Origin: Psychroserpens sp.
GTDB lineage: Bacteria > Bacteroidota > Bacteroidia > Flavobacteriales > Flavobacteriaceae
NCBI RefSeq assembly: GCF_045105015.1
Contig: NZ_JBGCCX010000115.1
Span: forward strand, 5,857 to 69,856
Length of the DNA stretch: 64,000 nt
Direction: 5' to 3'
The stretch's first letter is position 1. Every line of letters starts with the position of its first letter. This document shows, in pieces, positions 9,853-20,030 of the stretch. The position numbers were made by a program, and so were the translations under genes. A model generated the notes under the pieces. That model was given only the letters and a program-made list of their open reading frames with translations, made no database searches and had not been told where the DNA came from.

Positions 9853-10617
9853 TTAATTCTTTGCTTCTGCTCTACCTATAAATACATCAATATTAGTAGC
9901 TTCTGCAGCGCTTGAAAATTCTTCCTTTATTCTTTTGAAATACCCTAATGCTTTTTCAGATTGACCTAATCCTAAAGCAACATTAGCGGCTTTAAACAAA
10001 TACATTGGAGTTGTATAATCATTAGCAGATGCAGCAATAGCTTTTTCATAATAACCTAAAGCATCTTCAGGTTGATTTAATTGAACAAAAGCATCTCCTA
10101 TTCCACCTTTAGATACAGGGCCTAAAACAGCATCATCTGTATTAAAATCACTTAAATGCTTAACTGCATTCGTATAATCTTTAAGATTTAAGTATGACAT
10201 TCCAGCATAATAATTAGCTAAATTTCCTGCTGGAGTACTTCCATATTCGCTTACAATATCTAACATTCCATACTTACCTTCTCCACCTGTCAATGCTAAA
10301 TTGTATAATGAATCTTTTGCAGTTCCGTTTACAGCTTCTTCAAAATACTTTTGAGCTGTAAACATTTCGTTCATAGCTTCATTTGCTTTTGGTTCAGCGA
10401 TAAATTTGTTATAACCTAAATATCCTAATACTATTGCAGCGGCAAGACCAACTACAATAAAAATATTTTTCTGATTCTTAACAGCCCAGTCTTCAGCTTT
10501 TGAAGCTCCTTCATCTAAGGTATTAAAAACTTCAGCAGTTGTTGAGTTTTCTTCAATCGCTTCAACCTTCTCAACTTTTGTTTTTGGTTTGTAACCTCTT
10601 TTCTTATAAGTTGCCAT
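9853..10617 (-). CDS. Membrane-anchored tetratricopeptide repeat protein (YfgM-like)
   Basis: Single TM helix followed by TPR-like helices (ANYYAG, ALGYYEKAI). Confidence 0.8.
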   Translation of the reverse strand: MATYKKRGYKPKTKVEKVEAIEENSTTAEVFNTLDEGASKAEDWAVKNQKNIFIVVGLAAAIVLGYLGYNKFIAEPKANEAMNEMFTAQKYFEEAVNGTAKDSLYNLALTGGEGKYGMLDIVSEYGSTPAGNLANYYAGMSYLNLKDYTNAVKHLSDFNTDDAVLGPVSKGGIGDAFVQLNQPEDALGYYEKAIAASANDYTTPMYLFKAANVALGLGQSEKALGYFKRIKEEFSSAAEATNIDVFIGRAEAKN

Positions 10618-10636
10618 AATTCTTTATTTGTGCCCG

Positions 10637-10644
10637 CAAAAATA
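10637..10644 (-). promoter_or_regulatory. Putative -7 promoter element (TATTTTTG) for TPR-ribH
   Basis: Exact TAnnTTTG match about 20 nt upstream of ATG 10617. Confidence 0.5.
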
Positions 10645-10738
10645 AAATTTTTATTGGGATTTAAAAGGTAAATTATTTGTTATTTTTACTTCTTCCAACT
10701 ATAAATTAAACCTAAACACGAATATTCCAGTCAGTTTT

Positions 10739-11818
10739 ATGATTTTAAAAACGCTCAGCTTGGTCAATTACAAGAATTTTGAAAGTCAAAATTTTGATTT
10801 TGATAACAAGATAAATTGTTTTGTAGGCTTCAATGGTGTAGGAAAAACTAATGTATTAGATGCTATATATCATCTGTCTTTTGGCAAGAGCTATTTTAAT
10901 CCTGTAGCAACTCAAAACATCAACCATGATGCTGATTTTTTTGTGGTGGATGGTGTTTTCGATAAAAACGAACGTTCTGAAAAAATTATTGTCTCCCTTA
11001 AACGCGGACAAAAAAAAATGATCAAACGTAATGGAAAAATGTACGATAAATTTAGCGATCATATTGGTTTTATTCCTTTAGTAATCATATCACCTGCAGA
11101 TCGGGATTTAATTATCGAAGGCAGTGATACGCGACGTAAATTTATTGATAGCGTGATATCGCAAAGTGATAAAGTTTATCTCAATAATTTAATTAATTAC
11201 AATAAAGTACTGACTCAACGTAATGCGCTTTTGAAATATTTTGCACTTAATAACACATTTAATCAGCAAACATTAGAGGTATATAATGAACAACTAAACA
11301 CCTATGGCTCTGAAATTTTCAAGACTAGACACACGTTCTTAGAAGCATTTATTCCGATATTCAAAGAACGTTACAAAGCTATTAGTAATAATAATGAAAT
11401 TGTAAATCTGAATTACAAAAGTGATTTGTTTGAAAATGATCTAAATACACTTTTATTACAACGCATAAATAAAGATAAGGCTCTTCAATATACTAGTGTA
11501 GGGATTCATAAGGATGATTTGAGTTTTGAAATTGAAACACATCCTATTAAAAAGTTTGGTAGTCAAGGTCAGCAAAAATCATTTTTAATTGCATTAAAGT
11601 TAGCACAGTTCGATTTTATTAAGCAACAAAGTGGTGTAACACCCTTATTACTTTTAGATGATATTTTTGATAAATTGGATGAACAACGTGTTGCTCAAAT
11701 TATTGGTTTAGTTGACAATGAAGATTTCGGACAATTATTCATTAGCGATACGCATGCTGAACGTACGGAAAATGTGGTTAAGCAGATTCATCAATCCTAT
11801 AAAATTTTTAAATTATAA
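10739..11818 (+). CDS. recF: DNA replication/repair protein RecF
   Basis: GFNGVGKTN Walker A, GSQGQQK signature, [12 protein letters not shown] Walker B. Confidence 0.95.
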   Translation: MILKTLSLVNYKNFESQNFDFDNKINCFVGFNGVGKTNVLDAIYHLSFGKSYFNPVATQNINHDADFFVVDGVFDKNERSEKIIVSLKRGQKKMIKRNGKMYDKFSDHIGFIPLVIISPADRDLIIEGSDTRRKFIDSVISQSDKVYLNNLINYNKVLTQRNALLKYFALNNTFNQQTLEVYNEQLNTYGSEIFKTRHTFLEAFIPIFKERYKAISNNNEIVNLNYKSDLFENDLNTLLLQRINKDKALQYTSVGIHKDDLSFEIETHPIKKFGSQGQQKSFLIALKLAQFDFIKQQSGVTPLLLLDDIFDKLDEQRVAQIIGLVDNEDFGQLFISDTHAERTENVVKQIHQSYKIFKL

Positions 11819-11821
11819 TAT

Positions 11822-12244
11822 ATGAATTTAAAACACCTTTATATCTTAGTCATAATAGTTGTGTGCTTAGGATGTTCAAAAGACCCTAAATCTTTTGTAC
11901 CTCATCTAAATGGTTATTGGGAAATTAAAGAAGTCACTCTTTCTGACGGAACAAAAAAATCATATAATTACAATGACACTATAGATTATATTGAAATCTC
12001 AGATAGTTTAATTGGTTTTAGAACTAAATTAAAACCTAATTTAACTGGAACCTATGAAACATCAACCAATAAAGAACGCATAGATATTAAAATTGAAAAT
12101 GACAGTCTTCACCTTATGTATTCAACTCCGTATATGAATTGGAAAGAAACTGTTTTAAATGCAACTAAAGATCAGTTACTAATCATTAATACCAATAAAG
12201 ATATGTATCTTTATAGAAGGTATGAGGCAATAAACTTAGATTAA
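11822..12244 (+). CDS. Lipocalin-like lipoprotein
   Basis: Lipobox-like CLGC; LNGYWEI (GxW) motif. Confidence 0.65.
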   Translation: MNLKHLYILVIIVVCLGCSKDPKSFVPHLNGYWEIKEVTLSDGTKKSYNYNDTIDYIEISDSLIGFRTKLKPNLTGTYETSTNKERIDIKIENDSLHLMYSTPYMNWKETVLNATKDQLLIINTNKDMYLYRRYEAINLD

Positions 12245-12250
12245 TTTCAA

Positions 12251-12547
12251 ATGGCAAAACGTAATAATGAACATTTACCAATTAGTGATATTCTAAAAGA
12301 GTTTGTTGATACTAACAATCTTCAGAATGGTCTAGATAAAGTCAATGTGAAAGAGGCTTGGGCTAAAATGATGGGCAATGGTGTAAATAACTACACTACT
12401 AATATTGTTTTAGAGCGTGACACACTATTTGTGCAATTAAGTTCAAGTGTATTACGTGAAGAATTGAGTTATGGCAAAGAAAAAATCATAAAAATGCTCA
12501 ATGAATCTTTAGGTAAAGAGATTATAAATAAATTAGTTCTTAGATAA
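12251..12547 (+). CDS. DUF721 / DciA family protein
   Basis: W..MMG..V..YT and LSSSVLREEL motifs; downstream of recF. Confidence 0.8.
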   Translation: MAKRNNEHLPISDILKEFVDTNNLQNGLDKVNVKEAWAKMMGNGVNNYTTNIVLERDTLFVQLSSSVLREELSYGKEKIIKMLNESLGKEIINKLVLR

Positions 12548-12576
12548 AAAAAGCACCTTAGTTAAGGTGCTTTTTT
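12546..12576. terminator. Bidirectional intrinsic terminator
   Basis: AAAAAAAGCACCTTA-GT-TAAGGTGCTTTTTT perfect inverted repeat with A/T tails between convergent genes. Confidence 0.88.
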
Positions 12577-12593
12577 ATTATTTAAAGTGTATG

Positions 12594-13526
12594 CTATTTT
12601 ACATCCATTAATTCAACATCAAATACTAAAGTAGCATTTGGAGGAATAACACCTCCAGCTCCAGCAGAACCATATCCTAAATCGCTAGGAATAACTAAAC
12701 GTGCTTTATCACCAACATTTAATAAGCAAATGCCTTCATCCCACCCTGGAATAACTTGTCCGACTCCAACTTGAAAATCTAATGGTGCATTTCTTTTGTA
12801 TGAAGAATCAAATACAGTTCCATCAGCTAACTGACCTTTATAATGTACTGAAACTGTTTTACCTGCTTCAGCAGATTTGCCTTCACCTTTTTGAATAATT
12901 TGATAACGTAATCCACTTTTTGTTTCTTCAAATCCAGATGCTAATTTATCTAATTCAGCTCTAGCTGCGTCACGTTCTGCCGCTACTCGCTTTTCTCTAG
13001 CACCTTCAAAAGTTCTAAAGGCTTCAATAGCATTAAATTTTTCAGCAGCATCACCTACTCTAATAATTTCTAAAGTTTGAAGTTCATCACCTTGAGCTAT
13101 TGCATCTACAATATCTTGTCCTTCTTGTACTTTTCCAAAAACCGTATGATTATTATCTAACCATGGTGTTTCAATATGTGTTATAAAAAACTGACTTCCG
13201 TTTGTTCCTGGTCCAGCATTAGCCATAGACAACACCCCTGGTCCATCATGCTTTAAATCAGGATGAAACTCATCATCAAATTTATAACCTGGATTTCCAG
13301 TACCTGTGCCTTGAGGACAACCACCTTGAATCATAAAATCAGGAATCACTCTATGAAATTTCAATCCGTCATAGTAAGGATTACCTTGAGGCTTCACTGA
13401 ATTATCCATGTTCCCTTCAGCTAGAGCTACAAAATTCCCAACTGTTCCTGGTGTTTTTTCAAATTCTAAAGCGACTAAGATTTCGCCTTTTGTTGTATTA
13501 AATTTTGCGTATAAACCGTCTTGCAT
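12594..13526 (-). CDS. Peptidyl-prolyl isomerase, cyclophilin + FKBP fusion
   Basis: [13 protein letters not shown] and [17 protein letters not shown] (cyclophilin); [34 protein letters not shown] (FKBP). Confidence 0.95.
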   Translation of the reverse strand: MQDGLYAKFNTTKGEILVALEFEKTPGTVGNFVALAEGNMDNSVKPQGNPYYDGLKFHRVIPDFMIQGGCPQGTGTGNPGYKFDDEFHPDLKHDGPGVLSMANAGPGTNGSQFFITHIETPWLDNNHTVFGKVQEGQDIVDAIAQGDELQTLEIIRVGDAAEKFNAIEAFRTFEGAREKRVAAERDAARAELDKLASGFEETKSGLRYQIIQKGEGKSAEAGKTVSVHYKGQLADGTVFDSSYKRNAPLDFQVGVGQVIPGWDEGICLLNVGDKARLVIPSDLGYGSAGAGGVIPPNATLVFDVELMDVK

Positions 13527-13549
13527 TGTATTTTATTTTAATTGAGGTG

Positions 13550-13557
13550 CAAAGATA
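13550..13557 (-). promoter_or_regulatory. Putative -7 promoter element (TATCTTTG) for the PPIase gene
   Basis: Exact TAnnTTTG match about 24 nt upstream of ATG 13526. Confidence 0.55.
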
Positions 13558-13684
13558 CACAATGATTTATGATATACGAATAGTAAATTGAAATAGGGAA
13601 AGATGGATTATAAATCAGATATATAAAGATCATTCAAATTTTGAACTCCATTTTATTAGACCTAATTTTACAAAAATTAGTTAT

Positions 13685-14140
13685 ATGAGTTTTATTAGTA
13701 AAATAAAGACAGCCTTCGGAAATCAAAAAGCAAAAGAAAAACTTCAAATAAAAGATAATGTAGAGACGATTATTAATGATATAGAAAATGAGCCATTAGC
13801 GATATCTGAATCTAATGTACTTTATGCTGGGCTTAATGAATTAGGTGGTTATTATTTTTTTCAAACTGTTATTGTTGGAACTTTTCATATTAAAACAATG
13901 AAGGGAGCACAACTAAAAATTACAGGAAACGACTTTGAATTATTTTTAGAATCAGACATGATTGAATTAGAATCTGATCATTCTAATGTATCAAACAGAA
14001 GTATATCAAAAATAGATTTTCAAATAGACGAAGCAGATGCTGCAAAACTAGACCGTTCCAATTTAAAAGGGTTTGTTTTGACTTGTAAAAAACAAGATGT
14101 AACTTTTTCAATCTATGAATTAAATGACGAAGAGGAATAG
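13685..14140 (+). CDS. Hypothetical protein
   Basis: 151-aa ORF with ATG start filling the gap between the PPIase gene and recQ; no recognised motif. Confidence 0.65.
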   Translation: MSFISKIKTAFGNQKAKEKLQIKDNVETIINDIENEPLAISESNVLYAGLNELGGYYFFQTVIVGTFHIKTMKGAQLKITGNDFELFLESDMIELESDHSNVSNRSISKIDFQIDEADAAKLDRSNLKGFVLTCKKQDVTFSIYELNDEEE

Positions 14141-14143
14141 TTA

Positions 14144-16345
14144 TTAATTAGCCACTTCACTCATAAATTTGACACGATACAAACGAAGTTCTTCCTCTTC
14201 GTAATCACCTTCAAATTCTTCAACTGCATCAGAAATCTTATCAGTTTCCGATTCCATAAAATAATCATGAATCTCTTCTTGTTGATCTTCATCTAAAATT
14301 TCATCGATCCAATAATTGATATTCAACTTTGTTCCCGAGAAAACAATAGCTTCCATCTCTTTAATAAAGTCTGCCATATTCATTCCTTTAGATGACGCAA
14401 TATCATCTAGGCGTAGTTTTCGATCTACATTCTGAATAATATATAATTTAATTGCAGAATTTGAACCCGTACTCTTGACTACAAAATCGTCAGGTCTCAT
14501 GATATCATTCTCTTCCACATAGGTTTCAATCAGTGAGATAAAATCTTTACCATATTTTTTTGCTTTTCCATCTCCAACACCATGAACATGACTTAATTCT
14601 TCAATAGTAATTGGATATTTTAATGCCATATCTTCTAAGGAAGGATCTTGAAAAATAACAAAAGGCGGCACACCAATTCTTTTTGCATTTCGCTTTCTGA
14701 GATCTTTGAGCATTGTCATTAATTTCTCATCAGTAGCACCACCACTACCTTTTGCTGCTGTAATAATACTATCGTCAGACGTTTCATCAAATACATGGTC
14801 TTCAGTCATCATAAATGACTTCGGAGACTTAATATAATCATGACCAGCAGTTGGTAATCTTAATACGCCATACGTTTCGATGTCTTTCTTTAAATAACCA
14901 GCTACCAAAACTTGTCTGATAAGTGCCATCCAATAACGTTTGTCTTTTTCTTTTCCTATTCCAAAAAAAGGCAACGTGTCTGTTTTATGAGAAGAAATTA
15001 ATGCATTTGATGTTCCGGTAATGACATTAACTAAGTCTTTGGACTTATATTTTTCTTTAGTTTTTTCTACAGTTTGCAACAATGTAACTACCTCAGCCTT
15101 TGCTTCGTGTTGTTTCTTAGGATTACGGACATTATCGTCCATTTCTCCACCATCTCCTGTTTTATTATCAAACTCTTCCCCAAAATAATGCAGAATAAAT
15201 TTTCGTCTGGACACTGAACTTTCAGCAAAAGCAACTACTTCTTGAAGTAATGCTTGTCCAATTTCCTGTTCTGCTACAGGTTTTCCAGACATGAATTTTT
15301 CTAACTTTTCAATGTCTTTATAAGCATAAAATGCCAAACAATGTCCTTCACCACCATCGCGACCTGCTCTGCCAGTTTCTTGGTAGTAACTTTCAATACT
15401 TTTAGGCATATCATGATGAATGACGAAACGCACATCAGGTTTGTCGATTCCCATACCAAAGGCAATTGTAGCAACGACAACATCGGCATCTTCCATTAAA
15501 AACATGTCTTGATGTTTCACTCTAGTTTTAGGATCTAGTCCAGCGTGATAAGGAACTGCTTTAACACCATTGACTTGCAATACTTGAGCTAATTCTTCAA
15601 CTCGTTTTCGACTTAAACAATAGACAATACCCGATTTTCCATCATTTTGTTTAACAAATCGAATGATATCAGCATCTACATTTTTGGTTTTAGGACGAAT
15701 TTCGTAGTATAAATTTGGTCTATTAAATGAAGCTTTGAATGTAGTAGCATCTGTAATATCTAAACTTTTTAAAATATCTTCTTGCACTTTTGGTGTTGCT
15801 GTAGCTGTTAATCCAATAATTGGGATATTATCTCCAATACGCTTGATGATATGTCTAAGGTTTCTATATTCTGGTCTAAAGTCGTGACCCCATTCACTAA
15901 TACAGTGTGCTTCATCAACTGCCATAAATGAAATCGTAACTGTTCTCAAAAACTCTACGTGTTCTTCTTTAGTGAGTGACTCTGGTGCAACATAAAGTAA
16001 TTTGGTAACACCATTAGTAATGTCTTCTTTAACACGTTTAACCTCAGTTTTATTGAGAGAAGAGTTTAAAACGTGAGCAACACCTTCTTCATTGGAAACA
16101 CCTCTAATAGCATCAACTTGATTTTTCATCAAGGCAATTAATGGAGAAACAATTATGGCAGTGCCTTCTTTTATCAATGCTGGAAGCTGATAACACAATG
16201 ATTTTCCTCCTCCTGTTGGCATTATAACAAATACATCCTCACCAGCAACAACACTTTCAATGACACTTTCTTGAAGTCCCTTAAATTTTGAAAAACCGAA
16301 GTATTGTTTGAGTGCAGAATGTATATCAATTTCTTTTGTACTCAT
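14144..16345 (-). CDS. recQ: ATP-dependent DNA helicase RecQ
   Basis: MPTGGGKSLCYQ, DEAHCISEWGHDFRP, QETGRAGRDG; RQC and HRDC-like C-terminal domains. Confidence 0.96.
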   Translation of the reverse strand: MSTKEIDIHSALKQYFGFSKFKGLQESVIESVVAGEDVFVIMPTGGGKSLCYQLPALIKEGTAIIVSPLIALMKNQVDAIRGVSNEEGVAHVLNSSLNKTEVKRVKEDITNGVTKLLYVAPESLTKEEHVEFLRTVTISFMAVDEAHCISEWGHDFRPEYRNLRHIIKRIGDNIPIIGLTATATPKVQEDILKSLDITDATTFKASFNRPNLYYEIRPKTKNVDADIIRFVKQNDGKSGIVYCLSRKRVEELAQVLQVNGVKAVPYHAGLDPKTRVKHQDMFLMEDADVVVATIAFGMGIDKPDVRFVIHHDMPKSIESYYQETGRAGRDGGEGHCLAFYAYKDIEKLEKFMSGKPVAEQEIGQALLQEVVAFAESSVSRRKFILHYFGEEFDNKTGDGGEMDDNVRNPKKQHEAKAEVVTLLQTVEKTKEKYKSKDLVNVITGTSNALISSHKTDTLPFFGIGKEKDKRYWMALIRQVLVAGYLKKDIETYGVLRLPTAGHDYIKSPKSFMMTEDHVFDETSDDSIITAAKGSGGATDEKLMTMLKDLRKRNAKRIGVPPFVIFQDPSLEDMALKYPITIEELSHVHGVGDGKAKKYGKDFISLIETYVEENDIMRPDDFVVKSTGSNSAIKLYIIQNVDRKLRLDDIASSKGMNMADFIKEMEAIVFSGTKLNINYWIDEILDEDQQEEIHDYFMESETDKISDAVEEFEGDYEEEELRLYRVKFMSEVAN

Positions 16346-16367
16346 TAATCCCTATTAGTATTTTTGA

Positions 16368-16375
16368 TACATTTG
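16368..16375 (+). promoter_or_regulatory. Putative -7 promoter element (TACATTTG) for kdsD-tatC-lptB
   Basis: Exact TAnnTTTG match in the divergent recQ/kdsD intergenic region. Confidence 0.45.
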
Positions 16376-16431
16376 CATAAGACTAAAGATAACAATTTCT
16401 TTAAACCCGTCAAACTCAAAAAAATTTAATT

Positions 16432-17397
16432 TTGAACAGTACACAATCAATCTTAAAAACTGCAAGAAAAACCATTGATTTAGAACGTGATGCTATAGCA
16501 AATATCAGCCATTTATTAACTGATGATTTTGCTAATGCGATATCTTTAATATATAATTCTAAAGGTCGTGTTATCATTACTGGAATTGGCAAGAGTGCAA
16601 TAATCGCAAATAAAATTGTCGCCACGCTAAATTCAACAGGCACTCCTGCTGTATTTATGCATGCTGCTGATGCCATTCATGGTGATCTAGGTTTGATTTT
16701 AGAAGATGACATTGTAATTTGCATTTCTAAAAGTGGAAATACACCTGAAATAAAAGTGCTTGTCCCTCTTATTAAAAACGCAAAAAATAAAATGATTGCA
16801 ATTACTGGGAATGACAGTTCATTTTTAGCACAGCAAGCTGATTTCATACTCAATACATATGTAGAGCAAGAAGCTTGTCCGAATAATTTAGCACCAACAA
16901 CAAGTACAACAGCTCAATTAGTGATGGGAGATGCAATAGCAGTTTGTCTTTTAGAATTACGTGGGTTTTCGAGTAAAGATTTTGCGAAATATCATCCAGG
17001 TGGTGCGCTAGGAAAACGTTTATACTTACGCGTGAGTGATTTATCATCTGTAAACGAAAAACCTAAAGTAGAACTTAATACTACAGCAAAAAATGTGATT
17101 GTAGAAATTTCTGAGAAAATGTTAGGTGTAACGGCTGTAGTAGACAACAACAAAATCGCTGGAATTATCACTGATGGAGATTTAAGACGTATGCTAACAA
17201 AAAGTGATGATTTTATTCACTTGACAGCAAAAGATATAATGGGAAGCAACCCAAAACGAATAGACGAAGATGCTATGGCAATTGATGCTATGGAGCTTAT
17301 GGAAGAATATGGGATTTCTCAACTACTAGTTGAAAAAAACGGAGAGTATGCAGGCGTCATTCACATTCATGATTTAATTAAAGAAGGTATCATATAA
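16432..17397 (+). CDS. kdsD: KpsF/GutQ family arabinose-5-phosphate isomerase (SIS + CBS)
   Basis: GIGKS, HGDLG, SKSGNT, APTTSTT, HPGG, TDGDLRR motifs; TTG start. Confidence 0.92.
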   Translation: MNSTQSILKTARKTIDLERDAIANISHLLTDDFANAISLIYNSKGRVIITGIGKSAIIANKIVATLNSTGTPAVFMHAADAIHGDLGLILEDDIVICISKSGNTPEIKVLVPLIKNAKNKMIAITGNDSSFLAQQADFILNTYVEQEACPNNLAPTTSTTAQLVMGDAIAVCLLELRGFSSKDFAKYHPGGALGKRLYLRVSDLSSVNEKPKVELNTTAKNVIVEISEKMLGVTAVVDNNKIAGIITDGDLRRMLTKSDDFIHLTAKDIMGSNPKRIDEDAMAIDAMELMEEYGISQLLVEKNGEYAGVIHIHDLIKEGII

Positions 17398-18224
17398 TGG
17401 CAAAGAACAATCCTAATGAGATGTCTTTTTTGGATCACATTGAAGACTTAAGATGGCATTTAATTCGTATTACAATAGCTATACTAATTTGCGCAACAGT
17501 AGCATTTATATTTAGTGGTTTTGTATTCGAAAACATCATTTTCGCACCTAAACGTATGGACTTTCCAACTTACAAATGGTTGTGCAAAGTGTCACAAGTC
17601 CTTGGAATTAATGATACAACGTTTTGTGCAACAGAGTTTCCGTTTAAGGTTCAAAGTAGAACCATGGCTGGTCAGTTTTCAGCAGACATATGGACTTCTA
17701 TTTTTGCTGGACTTATCATTGCTTTTCCTTATGTGATTTATCAACTATGGAGTTTTATTAGTCCTGGGTTACGTAGTAGCGAACGTAAATATTCAAAAGG
17801 TTTTATCTTCATGACAACGTTTTTATTTTTCTTAGGAGTCCTATTTGGTTACTATGTTGTTACACCATTATCGATTAACTTTCTAGGTAATTATAGCGTA
17901 AGTTCAGAGATTTCAAATGAGTTTGATATTAGTTCATATATTTCAATCATACGATCATCAAGCCTAGCATCAGGACTAGTATTTCAATTGCCAATTATTG
18001 TGTATTTCTTGACCAAAGTTGGATTGGTAACTCCTCAAATAATGAAAAAATACAGAAAGTTTGCACTGGTAATAGTCTTAGTCCTCTCAGCAATCATCAC
18101 ACCTCCAGATTTAGCAAGTCAGGTTATAGTTGCAATTCCTATTTTGATATTATACCAAGTAAGTATCTATATATCTAAGATTGTATTAAAAAATCTAAAT
18201 AAAAAACAAAAAGTAAATGTCTGA
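17397..18224 (+). CDS. tatC: Twin-arginine translocase subunit TatC
   Basis: MSFLDHIEDLR, QLWSFISPGL, AIITPPD motifs. Confidence 0.95.
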   Translation: MAKNNPNEMSFLDHIEDLRWHLIRITIAILICATVAFIFSGFVFENIIFAPKRMDFPTYKWLCKVSQVLGINDTTFCATEFPFKVQSRTMAGQFSADIWTSIFAGLIIAFPYVIYQLWSFISPGLRSSERKYSKGFIFMTTFLFFLGVLFGYYVVTPLSINFLGNYSVSSEISNEFDISSYISIIRSSSLASGLVFQLPIIVYFLTKVGLVTPQIMKKYRKFALVIVLVLSAIITPPDLASQVIVAIPILILYQVSIYISKIVLKNLNKKQKVNV

Positions 18225-18564
18225 TATCGTTTCTGAATTCAATGCCTATCGTTCAAAAATGAATGATGCCATCTTAGCAGATAATAATAAAATTATTAAG
18301 CGAATTTTCAATCTAGACACAAACGCCTTTGCTGAAGGTGCTTTAGATAAAAAAACTAAAGAACTTCTTGGCTTAGTTGCCTCTACTGTTTTAAGGTGTG
18401 ATGATTGCATCAAGTATCACCTAGAATCAAGCCATAAAGAAGGTCTTAGTAAAGAAGAAGTTGTTGAAGCTTTAGGAATTGCAACTTTGGTTGGTGGAAC
18501 AATTGTAATTCCTCATTTAAGAAAAGCTTATGAATATTGGGATGCTTTAGACACTCAGCGTTAA
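18217..18564 (+). CDS. Carboxymuconolactone decarboxylase / AhpD-like protein
   Basis: GALDKKTKELL and CDDCIKYH (CxxC) motifs. Confidence 0.85.
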   Translation: MSDIVSEFNAYRSKMNDAILADNNKIIKRIFNLDTNAFAEGALDKKTKELLGLVASTVLRCDDCIKYHLESSHKEGLSKEEVVEALGIATLVGGTIVIPHLRKAYEYWDALDTQR

Positions 18565-18615
18565 ACTTATAATAAAGACAAAGAAAGCACTTCTTATTTT
18601 ACTATTTTAGCAATC

Positions 18616-19359
18616 ATGAAGAAATTAAGAGCCGATAATTTAATGAAATCTTATAGCGGAAGAAAAGTCGTTAAGGATGTATCGTTAGAAGTTAATCAAG
18701 GTGAAATTGTTGGATTACTTGGACCAAATGGCGCTGGTAAAACGACTTCATTTTATATGATTGTTGGACTCATAAAGCCTAATGGTGGAAATATTTTTCT
18801 TGATGACACCGAAATTACATCGTTCCCGATGTATAAACGTGCTCAAAATGGTATTGGATATTTAGCTCAAGAGGCTTCAGTATTTAGAAAACTTAGCATT
18901 GAAGATAATATCTTGAGTGTGTTACAGATGACTAAACTTAGTAAGAAAGAGCAAGAACATAAAATGGAATCTCTTATTGAAGAATTTAGCTTAGGACATA
19001 TCCGAACCAATAGAGGTGATTTATTATCTGGTGGTGAACGTCGTCGTACCGAGATTGCAAGAGCTTTAGCAACAGATCCAGATTTTATTTTATTAGATGA
19101 ACCCTTTGCAGGTGTAGATCCTGTAGCTGTTGAAGACATTCAACGTATTATAGCACAACTTACTAAAAAGAATATTGGGATTTTAATTACTGACCACAAC
19201 GTTCAAGAAACCTTAGCAATTACGGACAGAACCTATTTGATGTTTGAAGGAAGTATTCTTAAAGCTGGAAAACCAGAAGAATTAGCAAATGACGAAATGG
19301 TACGAAAAGTATATTTAGGTCAGAATTTTGAACTACGTAAAAAGAAACTGGAATTTTAA
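18616..19359 (+). CDS. lptB: LPS export ABC transporter ATP-binding protein
   Basis: [37 protein letters not shown] motifs. Confidence 0.96.
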   Translation: MKKLRADNLMKSYSGRKVVKDVSLEVNQGEIVGLLGPNGAGKTTSFYMIVGLIKPNGGNIFLDDTEITSFPMYKRAQNGIGYLAQEASVFRKLSIEDNILSVLQMTKLSKKEQEHKMESLIEEFSLGHIRTNRGDLLSGGERRRTEIARALATDPDFILLDEPFAGVDPVAVEDIQRIIAQLTKKNIGILITDHNVQETLAITDRTYLMFEGSILKAGKPEELANDEMVRKVYLGQNFELRKKKLEF

Positions 19360-19367
19360 TTCACAAA

Positions 19368-20030
19368 TTAACGCACCAATTCAACTCCTGCTGTAAACTT
19401 AGAAAACTTACCTAAATTTTTAACCAAAGGAAAACTTTTAATCATATCCTTATTGTTAAATTTTAATTCAATTATATAAGCATCTACGGTTTGGGGTGAC
19501 AGACTACTCAATCTATTTGAAGGGGATATAAACTTTAAATCTCTGTCTATTGTTAATCTAAAAGTTTTTTCGAAATTTGAATAATATGAGCGTCTGTAAG
19601 TGTTAATTAACACAGGTTCTAATCTATTTAAAATAGTAATATTAAACGTGTCAAAAATATATTTTTGCACTTCTTTAATATAGTTTTCCCAATCAAAAGT
19701 TTTAGTAATCGTTGTTTTAAAAAGTTTGAATGTTTCTTTTTTATTAGAATGGTTTTGTTTTAGCTTAAACTCTAATTTCGGTGTAACTGTATGGAATAAA
19801 TCTCCATACCAACGAATCCTTACTTTCATTTTCTCACTATAACCTTCAACAGATTCTGTGTAAGCATTATTGGTAACATTATCAAAATAGCAATTATTAA
19901 TTTGTCGGTCAGGATGAAGCGTTTGCATATCTGAAAGCATCATTAATTTTTCAAATTGCAAATACTCTTCAAGCGATAATTGATACTTTCGCTCAAACCT
20001 CCAAGCTTTATTATCTACTTTTTTTGCCAT
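19368..20030 (-). CDS. VTC-domain (CYTH/TTM fold) polyphosphate polymerase-like protein
   Basis: RFERKY, YFDN, KVRIRWYG, LEFKLK, YRRSYY, RLTID, IELKF and FSKF motifs of bacterial VTC-domain proteins. Confidence 0.85.
   Translation of the reverse strand: MAKKVDNKAWRFERKYQLSLEEYLQFEKLMMLSDMQTLHPDRQINNCYFDNVTNNAYTESVEGYSEKMKVRIRWYGDLFHTVTPKLEFKLKQNHSNKKETFKLFKTTITKTFDWENYIKEVQKYIFDTFNITILNRLEPVLINTYRRSYYSNFEKTFRLTIDRDLKFISPSNRLSSLSPQTVDAYIIELKFNNKDMIKSFPLVKNLGKFSKFTAGVELVR

Noticed and set aside
16432-17397. KpsF as part of a group 2 capsule system linked to Wzm/Wzt
   Set aside because: It sits in the tatC-lptB housekeeping operon and no kpsC/S/E/D genes are present; LPS Kdo synthesis is more likely
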